From contig CAWFAH010000007.1 in assembly GCA_963813705.1 (NCBI GenBank), forward strand, positions 32,336 to 96,335: 64,000 nucleotides of DNA, written 5' to 3'. Shown piece by piece: positions 30,535-39,984 of the stretch; positions within the stretch are counted from its first letter, which is position 1, and every line of letters begins with the position of its first letter. The notes below the pieces were generated by a model. That model saw only the letters and a program-made list of their open reading frames with translations. It made no database searches and was not told where the DNA came from. This DNA is from an uncultured Chloroflexia bacterium (GTDB lineage Bacteria > Chloroflexota > Limnocylindria > Limnocylindrales > CSP1-4). Both the position numbers and the translations under genes were made by a program.

Positions 30535-32733
30535 CCCTTGACCTCGGCCGGCGACCCGTTCCCGGCCGCGACGCCGGCCAGCGCGAGCATCTGGCGGGCG
30601 CTGTAGCTCGGGCCCTCGTCGCGCGTCAGCTGGCCGAGGACGTCCATCGGCAGCTCGTCGAGGATCGCGTGGTTCGGGTTGAAGAGCAGGTGCTCGTCGA
30701 CGGCAAGGCCGAAGGCCGAGCCCTCCTTGACCGCCGCGAAGAGGTTACGCGGGCGGACCGCGTCACCGGCGTTGACGACGGGGATGCCGGCGGCTCGCAG
30801 ATCCGTGAACAGCCCCGTCTCCGAGCGGATGTGGCAGGTGACGACGTCGTCCGCCTCGATCGTGCGGAGGTTGAACCCGCTGTCCTGGATCACGACCTCG
30901 CCGTCGCGGATCTCGTGGACCGTGCTGCTCGTCACGATCGTGACCGGGAACTTGTAGGGCTTGCTGTCGAGGACCTCGGCGTCGCCCTGGGCGAACCGCT
31001 TGAGCTCGACGTAGCGGTGGATCACCTCGAGCTCCGAGCCGAACTCGCGCTGCTCGGTGACGATCGTGACCTGCTTGCCGATGCTGGCCAGGAAGGCCGC
31101 CGTGTCGGCCGCGGCGTAGCCGTCGCCCCACAGCAGCACCCGCGCCCCGAGCTTGCGCATGCGCCGACCACCGGGGTGGCACTCGCAGGCGACCTTGGGG
31201 CAGGCCATCGACTCCTCGAACGGGACGACCCGATCGGCGTCGCCGGCGACCTCGGGGACGTACGATGATCGCGCCCGTCGCGTTGAGGACGACGTCGAAC
31301 GCGCGCAGCTCCTCGACCGTCGGCCCGTGGTTCAGCCGGACGTCGACGTGGAGGTCGACGAGCTGATCCCGGATCCAGTCCAGGTACCAGCGCATCTTCT
31401 CCTTGCCCGGCACCAGGCAGACGTACTTCAGCGCCCCGCCGAGCTCGCCGGCCTTCTCGAACAGGGTGACCAGGTGGCCCCGCTCCGTCGCGATCCGGGC
31501 CGCCTCCATCCCGGCCGGCCCGCCGCCGACCACGGCGACCCGGACCGGTGTCGCCGTCCGGGTCATCCGGTCGTAGGCCGGGTTGCCGCAGGCGGCGTTG
31601 ATGGAGCAGGCGATCTCCTTCTTGGCCATGAGCGATTCCTGCCAGCAGCCGCCGAGGCACGAGATGCAGCGGCGGATCTGGCGGACCCGTCCGTACTGCG
31701 CCTTGACCGGCCAGTACGGATCGGCGAGGAGCTGGCGGGCGAGCCCGACGAGGTCGGTCTTGCCCTCGGCCAGGATCTGCTCGCAGTAGTCGGGATCGCG
31801 CAACGAGTGGCTGGTGATGACCGGGATCCGGACGACCTGCTTGACCGCCTCGGCGGCGTAGGTGGCCCAGCCCTGGGGATATTGCATCGGGTCGAACCCG
31901 GCGCCCGGGCTCTCCTGCATGCCCATCGACAGGTCGACCGCGGCGCAGCCGGCCCGCTCGAGCACGCGGGCGATCTCGATCCCCTCCTCGAGCCCGCGAC
32001 CGCCCTCGCACCACTCGTCGAACGAGTAGCGGACGAGGAGCGGGAAGCTCCGGCCGCACTTCTTCTGGATGGAATCGACCACGGCGAGCGGGAAGCGCAT
32101 CCGGTTCTCGAAGCTGCCACCGAAGCGGTCGGTGCGCATGTTGAGGAACGGGCTCATGAACTCGGACAGCAGGTAGCCGTGCGCCGCGTGGAGCTCGACG
32201 GCGTCGAAACCGGCCTGCTTGACCCGCCAGGCCGCCTCGCTGAACAGGTCGACGAGCTCGAGGATCTCGGCGATCGACGCCTCGCGGATCTCCTTGCCCT
32301 TCTCCTCGGCGTTCTCGTAGACGATCTCGTGACCGGCCGACCACGGCAGCTTGAGGACGCGGTCCGTCGCGCCCAGCGTGTTGTAGCGGGGGATCGCGCA
32401 CTGCCGTCCGGGATGCTGGAGCTGGACGGCGCAGGCCGCACCGTAGCGGTGCATGCTCTCGGCCAGGCGGGCCAGGCCGGGGATGTAGTTGTCCCCGTCG
32501 GCGACCAGGCAGGTCACGGTCGGCCGGCCGGTCGCCATGTCGGGCGTCGTGGCCCCGACGATGATGAAGCCGGAGCCGCCCCGGGCGATCTCGCCGTGGT
32601 GGTGGAGATCGCGCTCGCTGACCTCACCGTCGGCGTGCGACGAGCTGATGTCCGTGGGGACGTGGACGATCCGGTTCGGCAGGGTCAGGTTCCCCAGCTG
32701 GATCGGGCTGAAGAGGTTCGGGTACGGCGTCAT
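30531..32733 (-). CDS. NADH:flavin oxidoreductase (OYE-like TIM barrel + 4Fe-4S + FAD domain; frameshift near 31268)
   Basis: LFSPIQLG, ELHAAHGYLLSEF, NMRTDRFGGSFENR, CISCLGGC...CSIN and GGGPAGMEAA motifs. Confidence 0.9.
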
Positions 32734-32926
32734 GACGCTCTCCGATGGCTGGCCGCGAAGGAGGCGGATTCCCATCGGATCGTCCGGCTCGACGGCGCCC
32801 GCCGAAAGGGCCACATGGCTCGCCGGGGCCGGTCCGCGAGGCTCCCGGCGCGTCGCACGGTTGCCGGTACGCGGCCGGCCAGGGTCGCGTTCCGGCGGTT
32901 TCGCCGCGACGGAGTCGTGTACCATA

Positions 32927-32939
32927 ATCGATGATCGAT
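32927..32939. promoter_or_regulatory. palindromic operator ATCGAT-G-ATCGAT, candidate GntR site
   Basis: Perfect palindrome directly after TACCAT in the divergent intergenic region. Near-identical site at 46330. Confidence 0.6.
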
Positions 32940-32993
32940 GACCTTGCGAGATTGGTGATTCGCGGACCAGCAGAGACCGTGGAGGACCAGCGC

Positions 32994-34778
32994 GTGGCGG
33001 CGACGGAGGAGATCCTCGGCCAGTTCCTGGGTGACGAGACGTTCCCGGTGCACTGGGACTCCGAGGTCGAGAAGGACTTCTTCTGGGTCTACGACGACTT
33101 GCACATCCCGCACCCGGTCAGCCCGATGTTCTTCGACATCGGCGGCTGGTGGCTCAGCTGCGACCACATGTTCCGGCGGTTCGGGACCCCGTTCGCCGTC
33201 GACTGGTTGGCCAAGAACGTCAACGGCTACGTCTACACAACGGCCATCCCGGCCGATCCCGACCTCCGGATCGAGGGGACCGAGTACAGCTCGCGCTACG
33301 GCGCCCGGGTCCCGCGCGACGCGACGTTCGCCGCGACGATGGGCGCGTACCTGGACGTCGTCCTGCCGGTCTACGGTCGCGACTTCGCCGACTGGTGGAA
33401 GGACCGCCTGCGGCCCGAGATGGAGCGCAACTTCGCGTTCCTCGAGGCCCGCCTCGACGCGGCCAATGGGATGGACCTCGCGGACCTGGCCTGTCTCCTC
33501 GAGGACGCGATCGACATCCACGACCGGCACTGGAAGATCCACTGGATGCTCAACTTCGCCCAGCTGTCGGCGACGCTCAACCTGCGGGCGGTCATGGAGA
33601 AGACCCGCGGCGGGGTCGACGAGCAGCTGCTCGGCCGGCTGCAGAACTCGGCCTCGGACCGCAACTGGGACTCGATCGAGGCGCTGTGGCGGATGAAGAA
33701 CGAGGTCCGCGACGACCCCGAGCTGCGCTCCGCCTTCGCCTCGGGCGACACCGCCGAGATCGCCCGCTCGCTCCGGGCCACCGATCGGGGCCGGCGGTTC
33801 ATCGCCGAGCGGGTCGAGCCGTACCAGCGCGAGTTCGGCTGGCACGCCGTGTGGAGCCACGAGTTCATCTTCCCGACCGTGCGCGAGCAGATGGAACCCG
33901 TCCTCGAGCTCGTCAACGGCTACCTCACCACCGACTACGACTACCCGAGCGCCATCGAGGCGATGCGCCGCGACATCGCGGCCGCCTCGCAGGAGATCCT
34001 CGACGGGCTGACCGGTGAGGCGCTGGATGAGATGCGCGCGGCGAACGCGGTCAACCTGCGGATGGCGCCGCTCACGCCCGATCACCACTTCTACATCGAC
34101 CAGGGCGCGAACGCCCACCTGCGACTCGTCCTGCTGGCGGTCGGCCGGAAGCTGGTCGAGGCCGGCCGGCTCGACAGGCCCGACGACGTGATGTTCCTGC
34201 GCTACAACGAGCTGCGCAGCCTCATCGGCAAGGCCGACGCCATCGCGGCGCACGAGATCGTGGCCGCCCGCCGCCGGGAGCGCGACGCGGCCGAACGCCT
34301 CCATCCGCGCGACTGGGTCGGGACCGTCACGCCGTCGCAGCTGGCGTTCCCGTACCTCGTCAACTGGGGCTACCCGGACCGCTTCCACCAGCAGCAGTCC
34401 GACGATCAGCGGCTGATCACCGGGCTCGGCGCCTCGCCGGGCGTCATCGAGGGCATCGCCCGGGTCGTCCGCACGGTCGACGAGTTCGACGAGGTCCGCG
34501 ACGGCGACATCCTCGTCTGCCAGATGACCAACCCGGCCTGGGTCGTGCTGTTCACGAAGATCGCCGGGCTCGTCACCGATACCGGCGGCACGACCTCGCA
34601 TCCGGCCGTGCTCGCCCGCGAGTTCGGCATCCCGGCGGTCATCGGCACCTCGGTGGCGACGGCGCGGATCATGACCGGCGACCGGCTCCGCCTCGACGGG
34701 ACCGCCGGCCAGGTCGAGGTCCTCGAGCGCGCCACGCCCGGCTCGGCCGCCAAGCCGACCGCCGCGATCGGGCGCTGA
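32994..34778 (+). CDS. PEP-utilizing enzyme family protein (substrate-binding central domain + phospho-His mobile domain, no ATP-grasp)
   Basis: C-terminal GLGASPG..EG.ARV, GDILVC..T.P.W and DTGGTTSHPAVLAREFGIPAV. GTG start after GGAGG. Confidence 0.88.
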   Translation: MAATEEILGQFLGDETFPVHWDSEVEKDFFWVYDDLHIPHPVSPMFFDIGGWWLSCDHMFRRFGTPFAVDWLAKNVNGYVYTTAIPADPDLRIEGTEYSSRYGARVPRDATFAATMGAYLDVVLPVYGRDFADWWKDRLRPEMERNFAFLEARLDAANGMDLADLACLLEDAIDIHDRHWKIHWMLNFAQLSATLNLRAVMEKTRGGVDEQLLGRLQNSASDRNWDSIEALWRMKNEVRDDPELRSAFASGDTAEIARSLRATDRGRRFIAERVEPYQREFGWHAVWSHEFIFPTVREQMEPVLELVNGYLTTDYDYPSAIEAMRRDIAAASQEILDGLTGEALDEMRAANAVNLRMAPLTPDHHFYIDQGANAHLRLVLLAVGRKLVEAGRLDRPDDVMFLRYNELRSLIGKADAIAAHEIVAARRRERDAAERLHPRDWVGTVTPSQLAFPYLVNWGYPDRFHQQQSDDQRLITGLGASPGVIEGIARVVRTVDEFDEVRDGDILVCQMTNPAWVVLFTKIAGLVTDTGGTTSHPAVLAREFGIPAVIGTSVATARIMTGDRLRLDGTAGQVEVLERATPGSAAKPTAAIGR

Positions 34779-34786
34779 GGGACCCG

Positions 34787-35491
34787 ATGGCCATCGCCGG
34801 CGGGCTGTCCCGCAGCGTCCTGGCCGACCAGGTCAAGGACCGGATCCTGGAGGGCATCCTGAACGGCCACTACCCGCCGGACTCGCGGATCGTGGAAACC
34901 CAGGTGGCCCGCGAGCTCGGCACGAGCCAGGCGCCGGTGCGCGAGGCGCTGCGAGGGCTCGAGGCGCTCGGGGTCGTCGAGATCGCCCCGTTCCGCGGCG
35001 CGCGTGTCCGCCGCCCATCGCGGCGCGAGATCCTCGAGGCCTACGCGGTCCGCTCCACGCTCGAGGCGCTCGCGACCCGGCTCGCCGTCCCGCGGCTGAC
35101 CGACGCCGATCTGCGCCAGCTGCGCGGCCACCTCGACGCGATGCAGGCCGCCGCCCGCCGCGACGACGGCCGCGGCGTGGCCGAGGCCGACGCGCAGTTC
35201 CATGCCCGAATCGTCGAGCTGGCCGACAACGGCACCCTCCTCCGCGTCTGGCGGTCGCTCGAGCCGTTCTCCCGGACGTACCTCACGCTGGTCGTCCCGG
35301 GCGCCGACCCGCAGTGGTCGGCCGACCTGCACGCGCCGATCCTGGCCGCCCTCGAGCGACGGGATCCCCAGGCCGTGGTCGAGGCGCTCCAGCGGCACTT
35401 CGACGAGGTGAGCGAGAACATGGCGCGACGCTGGCCCGACGACGAGCCACCCGAGGCCGTCGGCCTGCCGCGGACCCGGCGACGCGCATGA
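34787..35491 (+). CDS. GntR-family (FadR/FCD) transcriptional regulator
   Basis: ETQVARELGTSQAPVREALRGLE wHTH and FH...ADN FCD domain. Confidence 0.93.
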   Translation: MAIAGGLSRSVLADQVKDRILEGILNGHYPPDSRIVETQVARELGTSQAPVREALRGLEALGVVEIAPFRGARVRRPSRREILEAYAVRSTLEALATRLAVPRLTDADLRQLRGHLDAMQAAARRDDGRGVAEADAQFHARIVELADNGTLLRVWRSLEPFSRTYLTLVVPGADPQWSADLHAPILAALERRDPQAVVEALQRHFDEVSENMARRWPDDEPPEAVGLPRTRRRA

Positions 35492-36375
35492 ACGGCACGC
35501 TCCAGCGATCCGAGGAGCTGTCGGCCGGCCCGGCGCGGCTCCGCATCGACGTCCACGGCTCGACCCCGGTCGAGCAGGTCCTCGAGGACATGAACTTCCT
35601 CAACTACCGGCTGGCCGACGTCCGGGTCTCGCCCGAGGTCAGCCTGCCCGAGCCAGACATCGTCTGGGACCAGGACGCCGCCAAGGACATCGCCTACGAC
35701 GGCCGGCGGATGGCGTTCTCCGGGCCGTGGCCGGCCGGGCCGATCCAGAAGGTCGTCGTGACGATGCTCGCGCTGCGCATGGAGGCGCTCGGGCTCCACC
35801 CGTTCCACGCCTCGGCCGTCCGCTACCGCGACCGGACCGTGCTCTTCCTCGGCGGCGAGTCGAACCACGGCAAGACGATGGGCCAGGTCGAGGCCTGCCG
35901 CCGGGGCGCGCTGCTCGTGTCGACGGAGACCACGGTCATCGACGAGCACGGTGTCGCGGTCGTCGGCTCGAAGGAGCCGTTCATCAAGAAGCGGACCGAG
36001 GGCACCGAGCGCGCCGACAAGGCGGCGCCGGACCGCGGGGTGGAGAAGTTCTTTGGGTCGATGCCGACCTGGAAGGTCCTTACCGATCCGAGCCCCATCG
36101 ACGTCGTCGTCGTCCCCGCGATCGACGGCAACTTCGACCCGTCGTGCGTCGAGATGATCCCGTTCGAGCGCCAGTTCCAGACCTTCCATTCGGTCCAGAA
36201 CTATTTCCTGCTCAACGAGCTGCTGGCGCCCGGCTTCGCGATGCCCGTCGTCGACACGCCGGCGCTGCGCGCGGCCCGCGCGGACTTCGTCCGGCGGTTC
36301 GCCGAGCGGCCCTACTTCTTCGTCCGGGCGGCCACCCCGCAGGTGCTCCTGGACGAGGTCGACCAGGTGCTGTAG
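35488..36375 (+). CDS. hypothetical P-loop protein, HPr kinase-like
   Basis: FHASAV...TVLFLGGESNHGKT resembles the HprK-related H-A-x-A-V...GxxxxGKT signature. ATGA overlap with gntR. Confidence 0.7.
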   Translation: MNGTLQRSEELSAGPARLRIDVHGSTPVEQVLEDMNFLNYRLADVRVSPEVSLPEPDIVWDQDAAKDIAYDGRRMAFSGPWPAGPIQKVVVTMLALRMEALGLHPFHASAVRYRDRTVLFLGGESNHGKTMGQVEACRRGALLVSTETTVIDEHGVAVVGSKEPFIKKRTEGTERADKAAPDRGVEKFFGSMPTWKVLTDPSPIDVVVVPAIDGNFDPSCVEMIPFERQFQTFHSVQNYFLLNELLAPGFAMPVVDTPALRAARADFVRRFAERPYFFVRAATPQVLLDEVDQVL

Positions 36376-36380
36376 GCCCG

Positions 36381-37241
36381 ATGCGCCCCTTCGACTACGA
36401 GCGGCCGGCCCACCTCGAGGACGCGCTCGCGCTGCTCGCCGAGCACGGCCCGGAGGCGCGCCTCCTCGCCGGCGGGACCGACCTGATCATCCGCCTGCGT
36501 GACGGGACGATCCAGCCGCGCCTCGTCGTCGACGTCAAAGGCATCGCCGAGCTCGACGGCGAGATCCGGGAGCGGGACGGATACCTCGAGATCGGCGCGA
36601 CGACGGTGATGACCGACATCGCCGCCGACGAGCGGATCCGGAGCGACCACCAGGCCCTCGCCGAAGCCGCGGCGGTCGTGGGTGCGGTCCAGATCCGGAA
36701 CCGGGCGACGCTCGCGGGCAACATCTGCAACGCCTCGCCGGCCGCGGACACGGTCCCGGCGCTGCTCGTCGACGATGCCCGGGTCGTCGCCACGGGTCCA
36801 GGCGGCCACCGGCGGATCCCGATCGACGCGTTCTTCGTGCGCTCCGGGGTCACCACGCTGGCCGCCGACGAGCTCGTCACGGCGATCGAGCTGCCGCGGC
36901 CGGCGACGCCGCGCGGGACGGTCCACGTCCGGCGGACCCGCCGGCGCGGTCACGATCTCGCCGCGGTCACCCTGGCCTGCGCGGTCGCGCCGGACGGGGT
37001 CACCCGGATCGCCTACGGCAGCCTCGGTCCGCGGCCGCTCCTCGTCGTCGACGCGTCCGGGCTGTTGGCCGATCCCTCGGCGAGCGACGACGCCAAGCGG
37101 GAACGCCTGGCCGCGCTGTTCGTCGACGCCAGCCCGTCGCCGACGTCGATGCGCTCGGGACCCGAGTATCGACTCGCGATGCTCCACGTCCTTGGGCTGC
37201 GCGCTGTGCACGCGGCCATCGAGCGCCTGGCGGCGGCCTGA
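36381..37241 (+). CDS. xanthine dehydrogenase family FAD-binding subunit
   Basis: FDYERP, AGGTDL and QIRNRATLAGNICNASPAAD motifs. Confidence 0.93.
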   Translation: MRPFDYERPAHLEDALALLAEHGPEARLLAGGTDLIIRLRDGTIQPRLVVDVKGIAELDGEIRERDGYLEIGATTVMTDIAADERIRSDHQALAEAAAVVGAVQIRNRATLAGNICNASPAADTVPALLVDDARVVATGPGGHRRIPIDAFFVRSGVTTLAADELVTAIELPRPATPRGTVHVRRTRRRGHDLAAVTLACAVAPDGVTRIAYGSLGPRPLLVVDASGLLADPSASDDAKRERLAALFVDASPSPTSMRSGPEYRLAMLHVLGLRAVHAAIERLAAA

Positions 37242-37243
37242 CG

Positions 37244-37714
37244 ATGGGTCAGCGGATTCAGCTGCTGGTCAACGGCCGCGAGCGGTCCGTGGAGGTCGAG
37301 GCGCACCACACCCTGCTCGAGGTCCTGCGCGACGACCTGGGGCTCACCGGGACCAAGGAATGCTGCCTGGTCGGGGAGTGTGGCGCCTGCACGGTCCTGC
37401 TCGACGGCCGGAGCGTGGACTCGTGCCTCGTGCTGGCGATCGAGGCCGACGGCGCGGCGGTGACGACGGTGGAGGGCCTCGCCTCGCCCGACGGCGCGCT
37501 CGATCCGCTCCAGCAGGCGTTCCTGGACCATGGGGCGGCGCAGTGCGGGTTCTGCATCCCCGGCCAGCTGGTCTCGGCGCGGGCGCTGCTCGCCGCCACG
37601 CCGCGGCCCAGCCGCGCCGAGGTCGAGGAGGGCCTGGCCGGCAACCTTTGCCGGTGCGCCGGCTACGAGCAGATCATCGAGGCGGTCCTCGACGCCGCGG
37701 AGGCCGCACCGTGA
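37244..37714 (+). CDS. xanthine dehydrogenase family (2Fe-2S) subunit
   Basis: GTKECCLVGECGACTV, QCGFCIPG and GNLCRC motifs. Confidence 0.95.
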   Translation: MGQRIQLLVNGRERSVEVEAHHTLLEVLRDDLGLTGTKECCLVGECGACTVLLDGRSVDSCLVLAIEADGAAVTTVEGLASPDGALDPLQQAFLDHGAAQCGFCIPGQLVSARALLAATPRPSRAEVEEGLAGNLCRCAGYEQIIEAVLDAAEAAP

Positions 37715-39984
37715 TCGGCGCCTCGCCCGCGCGGGTCGGTGGACGGGACCGCGTCACCGGCCAGCAAGCCTATGTCGCCGACATCCATCTCGAGGGCGAG
37801 CTCCACGTCAAGCTCGTGACCGTCGAGCACGCTCGGGCACGGATCGATGCGATCGACGCGAGCGCCGCCCTCGCCGTCCCGGGCGTCCGGGCGGTGCTGA
37901 CCGCGCCGGACCTGCCACGGCCGATGCCCCGCTTCGGGCCGCAGTTCAGCGACCGCCCGGTGATCGCCGTGGGCGAGGTCCATTACCACGGCGAACCGGT
38001 CGCGGCCGTCGCGGCGGAGACGCTCGACGCGGCCGAGGCTGCCGCCCGGCTGGTCCGGGTCGCCTGCGAACCCCTCCCGGCGGTCGCCTCGATCGAGGCG
38101 GCCCTGGCCCCGGATGCGCCGCTCGTGCAGGATCCCGCCCTGCGCCCCGGCGATCCGCTCGCGCTGACCAACGTCCTGCGCGAGCACCGCTACGGCTGGG
38201 GCGACGTGGACGCCGCCGAGGTCGGGGCGGACGTCGTCGTCGAAGGCCGCTACGCCTTCCCGATGGTCACCCAGTTCGCCATCGAACCGCACGCGTTCCT
38301 GGCCGCGCCGGACGGTGACGGCATCGCCGTCTGGAGCTCGATCCAGCATCCGTACTGGCTCCAGCGGGTCGTCGCCGGGGTGCTCGGGATGCCGCTCGCG
38401 AGGGTCCGCGTCTACGCCCCCGATCCGGGCGGCGCCTTCGGGGGCAAGCAGCACGCCAAGTACGAGCCACTGGTGGCCTTCCTCGCGCTCCGCACCGGGC
38501 GTCCCGTCCGGCTCGTGCTGTCGCTCGAGGAGACGTTCCAGGCCGTCCGCCGCGGCGCATCGAGCGTCCATGTCCGAACCGGCTTCCGCTCCGACGGGAC
38601 GATCGTGTTCCGCGACACCCGCGCGGACTACCTGATCGGCGCCTATGCCGATATCGCCGACCGGACGGTCGGCAAGGGCAGCTTCAGCTCGAACGGACCC
38701 TACAGCGTGCCCGCCGTGCGGATCTTCGCTCGCAGCATCCTGTCGCACACGGTCCCCTCGACGGCATTCCGCGGGTTCGGCAATCCCCAGCAGATCTGGG
38801 CGGTCGAATCGAACATGAACGAGGCCGCGCAGGTCCTCGGCATCGATCCCCTGGAGCTCCGGCTGCGGAACCTGGCCCGGCCCGGCGACGCGTTCATCCC
38901 CGGCGACACGCCGGCGGACGGCGACTGGCGCGTGGCGCTGGAGCGGGCGGCCGAGCTCATCGGGTGGGGGACACCGCCGCCGTCCGGTCGTGGCCGCGGC
39001 GTCGCGGTCGGGCTCAAGTCCGGCCCGACGACCGGTCTCTCCCACGCCACCGTGCGGCTCCTGGCGGACGGCAGCGCGGTCCTCTACTCGGGCACGTCCG
39101 ACATGGGCCAGGGGGCGCGGACGATCTTCGCCCAGATCGTCGCCGAAGAGCTCGGCGTGCCGATCGACGCGATCACGGTGGTGATGGGCGACACGGCCGT
39201 CGTGCCGTACGACCAGCAGACCTCGGCCAGTCGCTCGACCGTCATCATGGGCCGCGCCATCCAGGGCGCCTGCCGCGACATCCAGGCGAAGATCCGGGAG
39301 ATGGCCGCGCGTCTTGAGTCGGTCGACGAGGACGAGGTGGCCGTCGCGCACGGCGAGGTCCGGATCGGTGATCGGGTCCTCCCGCTGCGCGATGTCCTCA
39401 TCCGCGGGCTCGGCCGGCTCGGCGGCGAGGTCATCGGGCTCGGGGAAGGGCGCAAGGAGGCGGACCCCGAGCATCCGCTCGGTGGCACGGCGGCGTTCTT
39501 CGAGTTCAACGCGACGGCCGTCGAGGTCGAGGTCGACCGCGAGACGGGCGACATCACGGTCACCCGCCATGTCACGGTGTCGGACGTCGGCAAGGCGCTC
39601 AACCCGACCCAGGTGCGTGGCCAGGACGAGGGCGCCGCGATCATGGGCCTCGGCCACACCCTGATGGAGCACTACATTCTCGACGAGACCGGCCGGATCC
39701 GGAACCTCGGGGCGATCGACTACCGGATCCCGACGAGCATGGACCTGCCCCTGGAGATGGTCAGCGACATCGTCGAGAACGGGGACGGGCCGGGCCCGTA
39801 CGGCGCGAAGGGGATGAGCGAGGGTGCCCTGCTGCCGGTCGCGCCCGCCGTAGCCGCGGCCGTCCGCGACGCCACCGGCGTCGTCATCCGCGACCTGCCG
39901 CTTACCCCGGAGCGGGTCTGGCGTGCGCTTCGCGACCAGGCGGCGCGACCGGAGCCGGGACCGGCCGAGCCGGTCGTCCGATGA
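37711..39984 (+). CDS. xanthine dehydrogenase family molybdopterin-binding subunit
   Basis: GGAFGGK, AFRGFGNPQ, SDMGQG, SASRST, DVGKALNP and GAKGMSE motifs. Confidence 0.94.
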   Translation: MIGASPARVGGRDRVTGQQAYVADIHLEGELHVKLVTVEHARARIDAIDASAALAVPGVRAVLTAPDLPRPMPRFGPQFSDRPVIAVGEVHYHGEPVAAVAAETLDAAEAAARLVRVACEPLPAVASIEAALAPDAPLVQDPALRPGDPLALTNVLREHRYGWGDVDAAEVGADVVVEGRYAFPMVTQFAIEPHAFLAAPDGDGIAVWSSIQHPYWLQRVVAGVLGMPLARVRVYAPDPGGAFGGKQHAKYEPLVAFLALRTGRPVRLVLSLEETFQAVRRGASSVHVRTGFRSDGTIVFRDTRADYLIGAYADIADRTVGKGSFSSNGPYSVPAVRIFARSILSHTVPSTAFRGFGNPQQIWAVESNMNEAAQVLGIDPLELRLRNLARPGDAFIPGDTPADGDWRVALERAAELIGWGTPPPSGRGRGVAVGLKSGPTTGLSHATVRLLADGSAVLYSGTSDMGQGARTIFAQIVAEELGVPIDAITVVMGDTAVVPYDQQTSASRSTVIMGRAIQGACRDIQAKIREMAARLESVDEDEVAVAHGEVRIGDRVLPLRDVLIRGLGRLGGEVIGLGEGRKEADPEHPLGGTAAFFEFNATAVEVEVDRETGDITVTRHVTVSDVGKALNPTQVRGQDEGAAIMGLGHTLMEHYILDETGRIRNLGAIDYRIPTSMDLPLEMVSDIVENGDGPGPYGAKGMSEGALLPVAPAVAAAVRDATGVVIRDLPLTPERVWRALRDQAARPEPGPAEPVVR

